Shown: positions 9,380-18,898 of the stretch, piece by piece
Numbering within the stretch: position 1 is the stretch's first letter
Layout: every line of letters starts with the position of its first letter
DNA from: Phycisphaerae bacterium
Lineage (GTDB): Bacteria; Planctomycetota; Phycisphaerae; UBA1845; Fen-1342
Direction: 5' to 3'
Length of the DNA: 64,000 bases
NCBI GenBank assembly: GCA_963675745.2
Contig: CAXXWX010000016.1
Coordinates: forward strand, 32,001-96,000
Program-made: the position numbers and the translations under genes
Notes under the pieces: model-generated
What the model was told of the DNA's origin: nothing
Seen by the model: the letters and a program-made list of their open reading frames with translations, nothing else
The model's database searches: none

Positions 9380-9612
9380 CGTTGCGCTCCTCCTAAACCC
9401 ATGTGTCATGTTTGCCGCGCGGCAGGTTAGCGGGACACGGCATTTCGTCAAGGGTCTATCGGCACCAAATTTCCACCGCATGCGGCCGCCGCACCCGCGT
9501 GGGCTCCTCTGTCGCCGTGGACGCCCGCAGCCGCTACCATGTTTTGGGCGCGGCCGAGTTCTATCGGCGTGTTCAATGGCTCGTTCTTACGGCACGATCC
9601 GAGGTTTTTAGC

Positions 9613-10050
9613 GTGGCGAACCCGGCCCCCTGGTACTCCGACGGCCTGCGATTTTCGTGTACACGCTGCGGCAATTGCTGTAGCGGACCGCCGGGCTATG
9701 TGTGGGTGAGCGCTCGCGAGATCGCCGAGATCGCCGAGGCGCTCGGCTTATCGGCCGAGGCATTCCGGCGACAACACACGCGCAGCGCCGGCAGTCGCCG
9801 CAGTCTGCTGGAGTACCGCAACGGGGATTGTGAGTTCCTCGAACGCCAGGCGGATGGCAAAACCGCGTGCCGCATCCACACGACGCGCCCGGCGCAATGC
9901 CGTACGTGGCCATTCTGGAAGTCAAATCTGGAGGGGCCGGCGTCGTGGGAGGCGGTTGGTCGGACCTGCCCGGGACTCAATCAGGGCCGGCTGCATCCGT
10001 TGCCGGTGATTCAGGCTGAATTGCGGAAGTGCGCCGGGCGCCCGCTTTGA
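9613..10050 (+). CDS. YkgJ-family CxxCxxCC cysteine-cluster protein
   Basis: GLRFSCTRCGNCC, CEFL, CRIHTTRPAQCRTWPFW, CPG; GTG start after GAGG. Confidence 0.9.
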   Translation: MANPAPWYSDGLRFSCTRCGNCCSGPPGYVWVSAREIAEIAEALGLSAEAFRRQHTRSAGSRRSLLEYRNGDCEFLERQADGKTACRIHTTRPAQCRTWPFWKSNLEGPASWEAVGRTCPGLNQGRLHPLPVIQAELRKCAGRPL

Positions 10051-10891
10051 ACATCAGCAATCCGCAGCCGATAACCGCCGCGCCCCAAGCCATCCAGGCC
10101 ATCACCGGGTGCTCCCCAAGTCCACGGGCGGTCGGTGCGGCGGCGTGAAAAAACGCGATGGCGGCCAGCAGCAACGCGCTGCCGATCACGCGGCGCGTGT
10201 TCGATTGCCAGGGGTGTATCGCCACCGCACACAACGCCAGCCAGATGATCAGCAGACGTACCAGCGGGAACACACCGATGCCGAACGTCAGCCCGCGGCC
10301 GATGTTGGCCAGCGTTGCCAGGTTGACGCGCAGCTTCGTCCGCGGGGGTGTGACTCCGTCGGGGGATGGTGCCGAGAGCGTCGCTTCACCATCGCCGGGC
10401 CCCATCGTGTCGCCGTCAGGCGTGCGTACCCACACGTGCTTGAGATCGCAGACGAGCCATGCGTCATACCCCATGCGTTGCAACAATGACGCCGCCACCA
10501 CCGCGCGTCCGTCGCAGTCCTCACGCCCCTTCGCAAAGACCTCGGCGACCGTCGGCAAATAGTCGAAGACTCCCCAGGTATCCCAATCCCACGCATACGG
10601 GACGTGCTTGCAGACCACCTCCTGGACAACCGAGAGCACGGCCTTGTCTTTGTCCACCTGCTGCCCGGCTGTCTGCTGATCGAGGGCCGCCCGGGCTTCG
10701 CGCTCCAACGGTGCGAGCCCCTCATGGCGCGGGTCCAACACACTGCCCATGTCAGTCAGCCGGCCAACCCAGACCGGTACCAGCCAGACCTTCGGATACA
10801 GCACCAGGGCGACCACCAGCAGAAACAGGGCGACCTTGGTCGGCCAGCGCACGATGGCGGAAACGCGATGAAAGGCAAGCCAGCGGTTCAT
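9977..10891 (-). CDS. membrane protein with transglutaminase-like Cys-His domain
   Basis: GREDCDGRAVVAASLLQRMG...HVWV with N- and C-terminal TM segments; start may be 10915. Confidence 0.75.
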   Translation of the reverse strand: MNRWLAFHRVSAIVRWPTKVALFLLVVALVLYPKVWLVPVWVGRLTDMGSVLDPRHEGLAPLEREARAALDQQTAGQQVDKDKAVLSVVQEVVCKHVPYAWDWDTWGVFDYLPTVAEVFAKGREDCDGRAVVAASLLQRMGYDAWLVCDLKHVWVRTPDGDTMGPGDGEATLSAPSPDGVTPPRTKLRVNLATLANIGRGLTFGIGVFPLVRLLIIWLALCAVAIHPWQSNTRRVIGSALLLAAIAFFHAAAPTARGLGEHPVMAWMAWGAAVIGCGLLMFKAGARRTSAIQPESPATDAAGPD

Positions 10892-11074
10892 ACAGGCCAC
10901 TCTCACGATTGACACTGTCAGGATTGTAACCGGCCGACGCCCTCATCGGTCGCCCGTTTGCGGAATCCGTCGTTGCCCCCCAATGTCCGGCGACAATCTT
11001 ACGCGTTACACTCACTTGTGAAGTGAAGGTCTCCACGAAGTCGAACGGCGAAATCGACAACAAGGGGTAGCGAA

Positions 11075-12051
11075 ATGTGGCAGGCACGGTTAAGCGCGGC
11101 GATTGTCGTGCTTGCAGCGCTGACAGCTTCTGGATGCAGGACGAACATGACGAACACGCCTGATGCTCACAAAGCCGAACTTGCCGGACATCGACGCGGC
11201 TTGGGACTACGCAGAACCCGCCGAGAGCGAAGCGCGCTTTCGCGAAGATGTTGCCGGCGGCGGAAAAGGCGGACAACACGTCATATCACGCCGAGCTGCT
11301 GACACAGGTGGCGCGTGCCCAAGGCCTGCAACGGAAATTCGACGAGGCACACGCGACACTGGACCGTGTCGACGCACTGATTAACGATGCGACTATGCCG
11401 GTGGCACGCGTGCGTTACCTGCTGGAGCGCGGACGGGTGTTCAATTCGGCCGGCGACCCCGGGGCCGCCAAGCCGCTATTCGAGTCGGCTCTGGAGCTGG
11501 CGCGCCGCTGCGGCGCTGAGTACCACGCCGTCGATGCCGCCCACATGTTGGGCATCGTCGAAAAGGGGACAGCGTCGCTGTTGTGGAACCGCAAGGCGAT
11601 CGCCATGGCCGAGGCTGCCGAGGAGCCCCACGCCCACAACTGGCTCGGTTCGCTGTACAACAACACCGGCTGGACGTACCACGACATGGGCGACTATGAC
11701 AACGCGCTCGACCTGTTCAAGAAGTCGTTGGCCTGGCGCCAGCAACAGCAGGACGCCGAGGGGACCCGGATCGCCAAGTGGTGTATTGCGCGCACCTATC
11801 GCTCACTCGGAGAGCTTGAGCCGGCCCTCGACATGCAGATGGCCCTGCTGCGCGAGCACGACGCCGCGGGCACCAATGACGGCTACGTTCATGAAGAGCT
11901 CGGCGAATGCCTGTACGCCCTGGACCGCAAGGACGAGTCACGCGCGCACTTCGCCAAGGCCCATGAGCTGCTTTCCCAGGATCCCTGGCTCGCGGCCAAC
12001 GAGCCCGAGCGCTTGCAGCGGTTGGAGCGCCTGGCGCGCGGGCGGGATTAG
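11075..12051 (+). pseudogene. TPR lipoprotein interrupted by two +1 frameshifts (~11171, ~11246), probably assembly indels
   Basis: Lipobox (LTASGC) in frame 11075, LPDIDAAWDY..PAESEARFRE in frame 11163, TPR body in frame 11248; removing one base at each site joins them. Confidence 0.7.
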
Positions 12052-12175
12052 CACAAACTTGAAAACAGCGCGGTGTGCGACTGCTCTTGAGCAGTGCCGC
12101 TTTGCGCGAACCTGAAGGCTCATATACGTGGCAAGGGATGGGCCTTCATGAGGCCGATTCCGCAACGCCGCGGGG

Positions 12176-14573
12176 CTACTCCGCGCCCGGCGGTGATTCG
12201 TTCGGCGGCTCGGTCGGCCCGCTGTGCTCGTCTGCGACTTCGCGGATGATCTCATCTTCGCTGAGCTTGCGGCTGAAGAGCCGGCGAAAGGTCTCGACGC
12301 GATTCATGAAAAAGAATGTCGGCTCATTGACCATCTCTTGCCCGACCGAGGCCAAGACGTCCTTGACCATTGGTATGAAGTGGTCGGTAACGACCCAGCC
12401 ACAGCCCGGCAGCACGCGCAGGCGATAGCGTAGCGCATAGCAGCCATCCCGGTCGGCGATGCGGCGCGTGACCAGCGGCGTCTCGCGCAGTGGCTCAATT
12501 CGCCGATTGAGCGCGCGACACGCCGCGTCGATCGCCACGCGCGCACGGTCGGCCTCGTCGCGCGATTTAAGCATGATGTCCACGAAATTATCGACGTAGC
12601 CTTCCGGAAAACGCCGCGACGGCACGCAACGACTGTTGGGGATGTTGAGGATTTGTCCGGAGAGTGTGCGAATCCGCGTGTGCTTGACATTGAAGTCGAC
12701 CACGTGCCCGTAAGCGCCATCGACCTCGATGAAGTCGCCGACGTCGTAGTGACGTCCGGTGATAATGTCGAAACCCTTGACAAAGTCGACCACGATCTCG
12801 CGGAACATGCCCGTCATGATCAGCCCGATCAGGCCCAGCGCCCCGGTGCTCTTCGCCGGGTCAACGCCGAACTGGTTCAATACCAGCAGCACGCCGAACA
12901 CCCAGATGAAGAGTCTGGCGATGCTGCCAAAGAACTTCAGCAAGGTGCCGGCGCGCTTGGCGGATATGTGTGCGCCGGGCACGCACTCGAGCGCATTCAG
13001 CGGCCAGCGCGCGATCCAGATCAGGAGCTTGATGACGTACGTAAGCGCGAAAGTGAGCACCAGGATGCCGAACGAACGCAGGATCGCGACGTTGTTGGCC
13101 CAACGCGACTGATCGGGTGGATTGACCGTCAGGGCACACTGCCTATGCACGTCGGCCAGTTCACGGCGTAGCGTCGCCTGGCGCTCCAGGCCATAGATGA
13201 TGTTCTCGCTGGACAGAATCAGCAAATCGGTCAGTTCGCGCTCCTCACCGAACAGCGCTCGCATGCGCTCGACATGGTTGCGTAAAAGGTTGCGCTGGGC
13301 CGCATCCTCCGCCTGGTCGACGCGCTGGCCCAGTGACTTTTCTTCGGCGTCGAGGCGTGACAGACCGAGCTTGAGCGACTCGAGCTCCTTGGACTCGGCG
13401 GCGGCCTGTTCGGACAGCTTGGCGCCGGTCGCCTCCTCCTCGGTCGCGCGCCGATCGTATTCGGCAGCCAGCGCCGGGTCGGGCTGCGCCAGAATGTCCC
13501 ACAGCTCGGGCTGCAATTGTCCGAGCGTGGTGCGCGCATCGCTCAGGCGCTCGCGCAGGTTGGCAAATCTCCGCCTTGTGCTGCTTGATCGTGTTGCGCA
13601 GCCCAACCTTGCGCAGGTTGCTTGACTCGTATTCGAGCATGCGTTCCCAGTAGGCCAGGTCGGTTTCGAGCCGCAGGGCCGCGAGCGCATCCAGACCTGG
13701 TTGTTCGCGTCGCTGCTTCAGCTCGGCGACGCGGAATTGCGCTATCTCGTACCCGCTCCGGGCCTCGGCTTCGAGCTTTTCGACGACGCGCTGCACGTTA
13801 TCAACATCGAGCTGGTCCGGCGTCGGGGCCGTACTCGGGGATGTGGCGGGAACGGCAGCCGCCGGCGCCACCGTCGCCAGCTTGGCGGTGATCAGGGCCT
13901 GTTCCGCGCGACGCGCGGCACGCTTGCGGCCAATGGCTTCGAGCTCGGCTCGTTTCGCATCGCGCTCGGCTTCCAGGCGCGGTCGGTTGGAATCGTCGGC
14001 GGCCGCAAGCCGTGCTTCAACATCGGCGAGTTGCGTTTCCTGCACTGACTGGGGCGCGTCCAGCGCCGACAGCGCGCCGTTGAGTTGCTCCAATTGTGCG
14101 CGCAGCACGGGAATCTCTGACTCCGACAGGCTGACGTGTTCCCCGGCCGGTGGCGTCCGAAATCGGTCCAGCGCCCTTTGATAATCCTCGGCACGGACAC
14201 AATCGTTAAGTGCGGCCTCCCACGCCGTCTGGGCCGACTCGAGGAATTTCAACTCATCCTGCGCGGCGGCGCGCTGCTGGAGAAGCTGGTCCTTGCGCTG
14301 CATCTGTTCGGGGCTGGCCGCCTGGGCAAGCCGCGCGTCGAGCGTGTCAACCGCTTCGGTCAGCGAGGCAAGCGTCTTGCGCAAGACGGGCGCCCGCTCG
14401 GCGAGACGGTCCCTGGCCACGGTCTGCGCATCACGGATGCCGCCACAGGGATCACCGTCAGCCGGTTGTGTCGCCGCGGGCGGCGTGTCGTCGGCCGCGC
14501 CGGTGCCGGCCAGCACGATCAGGCACAGCACCGCGCCGCGGGTTGCCATGGAGCGCATAGTCAACTGCATCAC
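12176..14573 (-). pseudogene. MscS-family mechanosensitive channel with large coiled-coil periplasmic domain, one +1 frameshift at ~13566
   Basis: Signal peptide and coiled coils (ORF 13245-14573) join the MscS part (YDVGDFIEVDGAYGHVVDFNVKHTRIRTLSGQILNIPNS) via GAG ATT T GCC AAC CTG. Confidence 0.75.
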
Positions 14574-14831
14574 GAATCCTCAGGTTGCGTCCGCGCGCCC
14601 GGACGTCGCTGTGTCGCTGAATCATACGTCCAGCACGCCGGCGCGTCATGGTTGAAGCCCGTCGCCGGCTCTTTGTCTCTGCCCTGCCGGCCGGGAAGTC
14701 ACCACTTCGCCGCCCGGGCGGGGCAAAGTCGCGGCTGAGTTCTCGCGGATTCTCGCAGTATTCGGCCGCTCATCACCTATACTGACGTCTGAGGCCGCAC
14801 AGCTCTGGATACGCCGGATTGGAGAACTCAA

Positions 14832-17594
14832 ATGTCGTCGGTATGCCGCGGACTTACGTTGGCGCTCATCGCCACGCTGGTAATCGGGGGGTGTCGGGGA
14901 CAGTCGCCCGCGGGGTCGCGCGGCGGTCTTGAGAACAAGCTGGCGCAGTCGCACGCGTGCAGGCCCAGCCAGCGTCAGCTTGAATCCGCGCGCGCAACGC
15001 TCGAGACGAAGTACGCCAAGCTCGAGCGCGAGGGCCCCAAGCGTTTTGATCAGCCGCAGGAAGCACAGGAGTTTTATCTGCGTCAACGGCTACCGGCCGG
15101 CCGGACCGATCTGCCGCTCGAACATCTGCAAAGCGAGCTCGTCGCCCTCCAACGCCGGGAAGCGATCCAGGCGGAATCACCGGCGCGCGACGGGCTTCCC
15201 GGCGGCATAATCGGCTGGAACTCGATCGGCCCCGGCAACATCGGCGGCCGCAGCCGCACCATCGTCATCGACCCGACGGACACCAGCACCATGTACGCGG
15301 CCGGCGTCACCGGCGGAATCTGGAAGAGCAACGACGGCGGCGCCAACTGGCAGATCAGCGGCGACCTGCTCCCCAACATGGCGGTCTCGACAATCGTCAT
15401 GGACCCCACCGACCCCAACATCCTCTACGCGGGAACCGGCGAGGGTTTCTTCGCCAACTGGGCCAAGCACCGCGGGCTCGGCATCTACAAGACGATCGAC
15501 GCCGGCGGATCGTGGGATCTGTTGGCCGGCACCGTCACTGGTGTGCCCGAGGGCGCGTTCTATTTTGTTAACAAGCTCGCCATCAGCCCGAATGACCCCA
15601 ACCGCATCTACGCCGCGACCATAACCGGCATCTGGCGCAGCACGGACGCCGGGCAAAGCTGGTCCGTTATTCTGCGGAATCCCTGGATGCTGGCCGACCC
15701 GCCGGGCGTGCCTGCGACCAACGGCTGCTCTGTCGGGTGTACTGATCTGGCCGTGCGCAGCGATCGCGATCCGGATGTGCTGTTCGCCACCTTCGGCAGT
15801 TTCGGCAAGGACGGGCTCTACCGCAGCAATGATGGCGGCAATACCTGGATCCAGTACACGACCGGCGCCGAGCAGGGCCGCATGACGTTCGCCATCGCGC
15901 CCAGCGACAACGATCGCATGTACATCCTCATGGCCCAGAACAGCACCGCCAACCTCGGCAAGCTCTACAGCGTGTTTCGTTCGGATGACGGGGGTGACTC
16001 GTGGTATTCCTCGCTCGACTTTGGACACCCCTTTAGCGAGTGGTTGCTGAGCTACGTGGCGATCGCCACCGGCTGCTATGAACACCCTGCCATCTACTCC
16101 CAGGGCTGGTATGACAACATCATCGCCGTTGACCCGCTCAATCCCAACATAGTCTGGGTCGGCGGCATCGACATGTATCGCTCGGATGACGGCGCGCAGA
16201 CCTTTGGCCTGTCCGACTATTGGTTCTATCCCATGGCCGATCCGCCCGTGCCCACCTATCTGCACGTCGACCAGCACATGGTGGTCTTTGACCCGGACTA
16301 CAACGGCACGACCAACCAGACCATGTACGTGGGTAATGACGGCGGTTTGTGGCGCACGCTCAACGCCCGCGCCGCCACCACGCAGGAAGAGTGTCCCATC
16401 GGCCCCGATCCCGGCCCGCCGCCTGAAATCGTCTGGGAAAGCGTCAACAACAGCTATGGCGTAACGCAGTTCTATCACGGCGATGCCGCCCGCGACACCG
16501 ACATGTTCGTCGGCGGCGCGCAGGACAACGGGTCGAGCCGCGTCCTGGCCGCTGATACGCCTAACGACTGGGAGATGATCCACGGCGGTGACGGCGGCTA
16601 TGTCGCCATCGATCCCACCAACAGCCAACGGATGTTCATCGAGATTCAGGGCTTTCCGGAAATCCAGGTCTCCTACGATGGCGGTGAGACATTCACACTC
16701 TCCGTCGACGGCATCACCGATACGGACGGCCTGTTCATCACGCCGTTCGCCATGGACCAGGCCGACCCCGATGTGCTCTGGACCGGCGGCCGGCGACCGT
16801 GGCGTACAACCAACGGGGCACAGCTCTGGGAGGTGGCCGGCCCCGATCTCAGTGGGCCGGAGACAATTTCGGCCATCGCGATCGCGCCGTCTGACAGCAA
16901 CGTGGTCTATCTCGGGTTTGAAAACGGCTACATCGCCCGCACAACGAACGCCCTTGATCCGTCGCCCGGCTGGACGGTCTTCACGGATGGGCTGTATGGC
17001 GCGTGGGTCAGCAGCATCGCCGTCGATCCCACTGACGCCGATATCGCATATTGCACCTACTCGACCTACGGCAGCGCGCACGCGCTGCAAAGTACGAACG
17101 GCGGTTCGAGCTGGACGGTGATCGACGGCAGCGGCGCGACCGGCCTGCCCGACATTCCGGCCCACTGGATCGCCGTCCGCCCCTGTAACCCACAGCAGCT
17201 TTATGTTGGTACCGAACTGGGTGTGTTCGTCAGCGACGACCAGGGCGCCAACTGGACGCCGGTCAATACGGGCCTTGCGCACACGATCGTTGAAACGCTC
17301 GATTTCCAGGACAACAACACGCTGGTCGCGTTCACGCACGGACGCGGCGCATTCACCGCCGCCCTGGAACCCTGCCCATGCGAGATCCGCGACGGCGACT
17401 TCGACCGGGATGAGGATGTTGACGCGACCGATTTCGCGGTCTTAGCCGGTTGCCTGGCCGGCCCGGAGATCAGCGTTCCACCGCCGGCTTGCGACGCGTG
17501 CGATTTCTCAAACGCCGACCTGGATGCCGATGGCGATGTCGATCTGGTGGATACCAGCGCGTTCCAGTCCGTTTTCACCGGCCCCTTGGAGTAG
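14832..17594 (+). CDS. secreted BNR/Asp-box beta-propeller (GH74/VPS10-like) with C-terminal dockerin-like module
   Basis: WNSIGPGNIGGR, repeated SxDGGxxW boxes, HVDQH, GGAQDNG; C-terminal GDFDRDEDVD...ADLDADGDVDLVD. Confidence 0.85.
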   Translation: MSSVCRGLTLALIATLVIGGCRGQSPAGSRGGLENKLAQSHACRPSQRQLESARATLETKYAKLEREGPKRFDQPQEAQEFYLRQRLPAGRTDLPLEHLQSELVALQRREAIQAESPARDGLPGGIIGWNSIGPGNIGGRSRTIVIDPTDTSTMYAAGVTGGIWKSNDGGANWQISGDLLPNMAVSTIVMDPTDPNILYAGTGEGFFANWAKHRGLGIYKTIDAGGSWDLLAGTVTGVPEGAFYFVNKLAISPNDPNRIYAATITGIWRSTDAGQSWSVILRNPWMLADPPGVPATNGCSVGCTDLAVRSDRDPDVLFATFGSFGKDGLYRSNDGGNTWIQYTTGAEQGRMTFAIAPSDNDRMYILMAQNSTANLGKLYSVFRSDDGGDSWYSSLDFGHPFSEWLLSYVAIATGCYEHPAIYSQGWYDNIIAVDPLNPNIVWVGGIDMYRSDDGAQTFGLSDYWFYPMADPPVPTYLHVDQHMVVFDPDYNGTTNQTMYVGNDGGLWRTLNARAATTQEECPIGPDPGPPPEIVWESVNNSYGVTQFYHGDAARDTDMFVGGAQDNGSSRVLAADTPNDWEMIHGGDGGYVAIDPTNSQRMFIEIQGFPEIQVSYDGGETFTLSVDGITDTDGLFITPFAMDQADPDVLWTGGRRPWRTTNGAQLWEVAGPDLSGPETISAIAIAPSDSNVVYLGFENGYIARTTNALDPSPGWTVFTDGLYGAWVSSIAVDPTDADIAYCTYSTYGSAHALQSTNGGSSWTVIDGSGATGLPDIPAHWIAVRPCNPQQLYVGTELGVFVSDDQGANWTPVNTGLAHTIVETLDFQDNNTLVAFTHGRGAFTAALEPCPCEIRDGDFDRDEDVDATDFAVLAGCLAGPEISVPPPACDACDFSNADLDADGDVDLVDTSAFQSVFTGPLE

Positions 17595-17634
17595 CTTGCG
17601 CGGCAAGTTTCGCAGCGCTCGACCTGCCCTACGA

Positions 17635-18678
17635 TTAACAAAGCCGACCGTGTTCGGCCAGACAGAAGCGATCGGTCATGCCGGCGATGTAATCCGCCGT
17701 CACGCGCTCAATACCCTGCTCGGCGACGCGACGACGGAAACGCGCGGGTAAGCGGTCAGGGTTGTCCACAAACACATCGAACAGATCGAGAATCGTCCGG
17801 CGGGCTCGGCGGTCGGCCTCGGCAACGTGTTTGTGACCGTACAGATGATCACGCAACACACCCTCCAAAGCCCCCAGGCTGGTGTCCGCTTCGGCGGAGA
17901 GTCGGACAAGCGGTGGATCGTCTGGTCTGCCATTCGCCCGCCTGATACGCACCTCGCTCACCACGTCTGCAATCAGCGCCTGCTGCATGCGCTCAATCGC
18001 CGGACGAAGATGCGCGCGCCAGCGGCCTTCGGTCGGCGTCGGTCCCCGATACGCCGCACGCCATAACTCCAACTCCGCCAACACTCGCGCATCAATCAGC
18101 CCCGCATAGAGGCCGTCCTGCAAGTCGTGCAGGCCGTAAGCCAGCCGGTCGGCGAGGTCGACAACCTCTGCCTCCGGCGGCGCCGGTGAACCGTCGCGGA
18201 GGGGGTGCGCGCCCGGGTGGTCGTACTGAGTGTGATGCTTGGCAAGGCATTCACGCACCACGCGTGTCAGATTCAGACCGCGAAACTCCGGGATGGGGTG
18301 CTCAAGCTGTTCGACCACACGCAGCGTGTGGGCATTATGTTCGAATCCCCCATGGGCATGCATGCACGTGTCCAACGCGCGTTCGCCCGCGTGGCCGAAT
18401 GGCGTGTGCCCCAGATCATGCGCCAGAGCCGTGACCTCGGCGATCTCTGACGACAGTTCGAGCTCGGCCGCCAGCACCCGTGCAATATGCGCGACCTCCA
18501 GCGTGTGCGTCAGGCGTGTGCGGTGATGGTCGGCGTCGAGCGCAATAAACACCTGCGTCTTGTGCTGAAGCCGCCGAAAGGCCGCCGAGTGTACCACGCG
18601 CTGGCGGTCCAGGACCAATGGCGGCAGTGCCCCGTCAAGCGGGTCGGTGTGAGCTCGGGTCAGGTTTGGAGCGGGCAT
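17635..18678 (-). CDS. dgt: dGTP triphosphohydrolase (HD domain)
   Basis: AFRRLQHKTQVF, RTRLTHTLEV, AHDLGHTPFGHAGE, DYIAGMTD. Confidence 0.92.
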   Translation of the reverse strand: MPAPNLTRAHTDPLDGALPPLVLDRQRVVHSAAFRRLQHKTQVFIALDADHHRTRLTHTLEVAHIARVLAAELELSSEIAEVTALAHDLGHTPFGHAGERALDTCMHAHGGFEHNAHTLRVVEQLEHPIPEFRGLNLTRVVRECLAKHHTQYDHPGAHPLRDGSPAPPEAEVVDLADRLAYGLHDLQDGLYAGLIDARVLAELELWRAAYRGPTPTEGRWRAHLRPAIERMQQALIADVVSEVRIRRANGRPDDPPLVRLSAEADTSLGALEGVLRDHLYGHKHVAEADRRARRTILDLFDVFVDNPDRLPARFRRRVAEQGIERVTADYIAGMTDRFCLAEHGRLC

Positions 18679-18898
18679 CTGGGGGCGTCAAGATCCAGAG
18701 TTTAGGGCCTCGGCTTGGCATTTCGGCGGCAGCTCGCCGCCTGCGCCGGGTCCGGTTCGTTCGGTGCCGTCGAGTTACCGATTGTACACTTTCGACAACG
18801 GCTCTAATGTATTGAAGCCTAGCACGCGAGCCGGACCGCGTCAATGTGCGGTTCGGTATTTGTTCGGATTCGGCGCCTGGCGCCATCGAGGAGTGTCC

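Noticed and set aside
11160..13570. Programmed ribosomal frameshifting
   Set aside because: No slippery heptamer or stimulatory structure; three clustered +1 indels fit sequencing error better.
15177..17339. Long antisense ORF (720 aa), likewise 54110-56413, 50067-51569 and 62590-63846
   Set aside because: Shadow ORFs from high-GC codon bias opposite well-supported genes.
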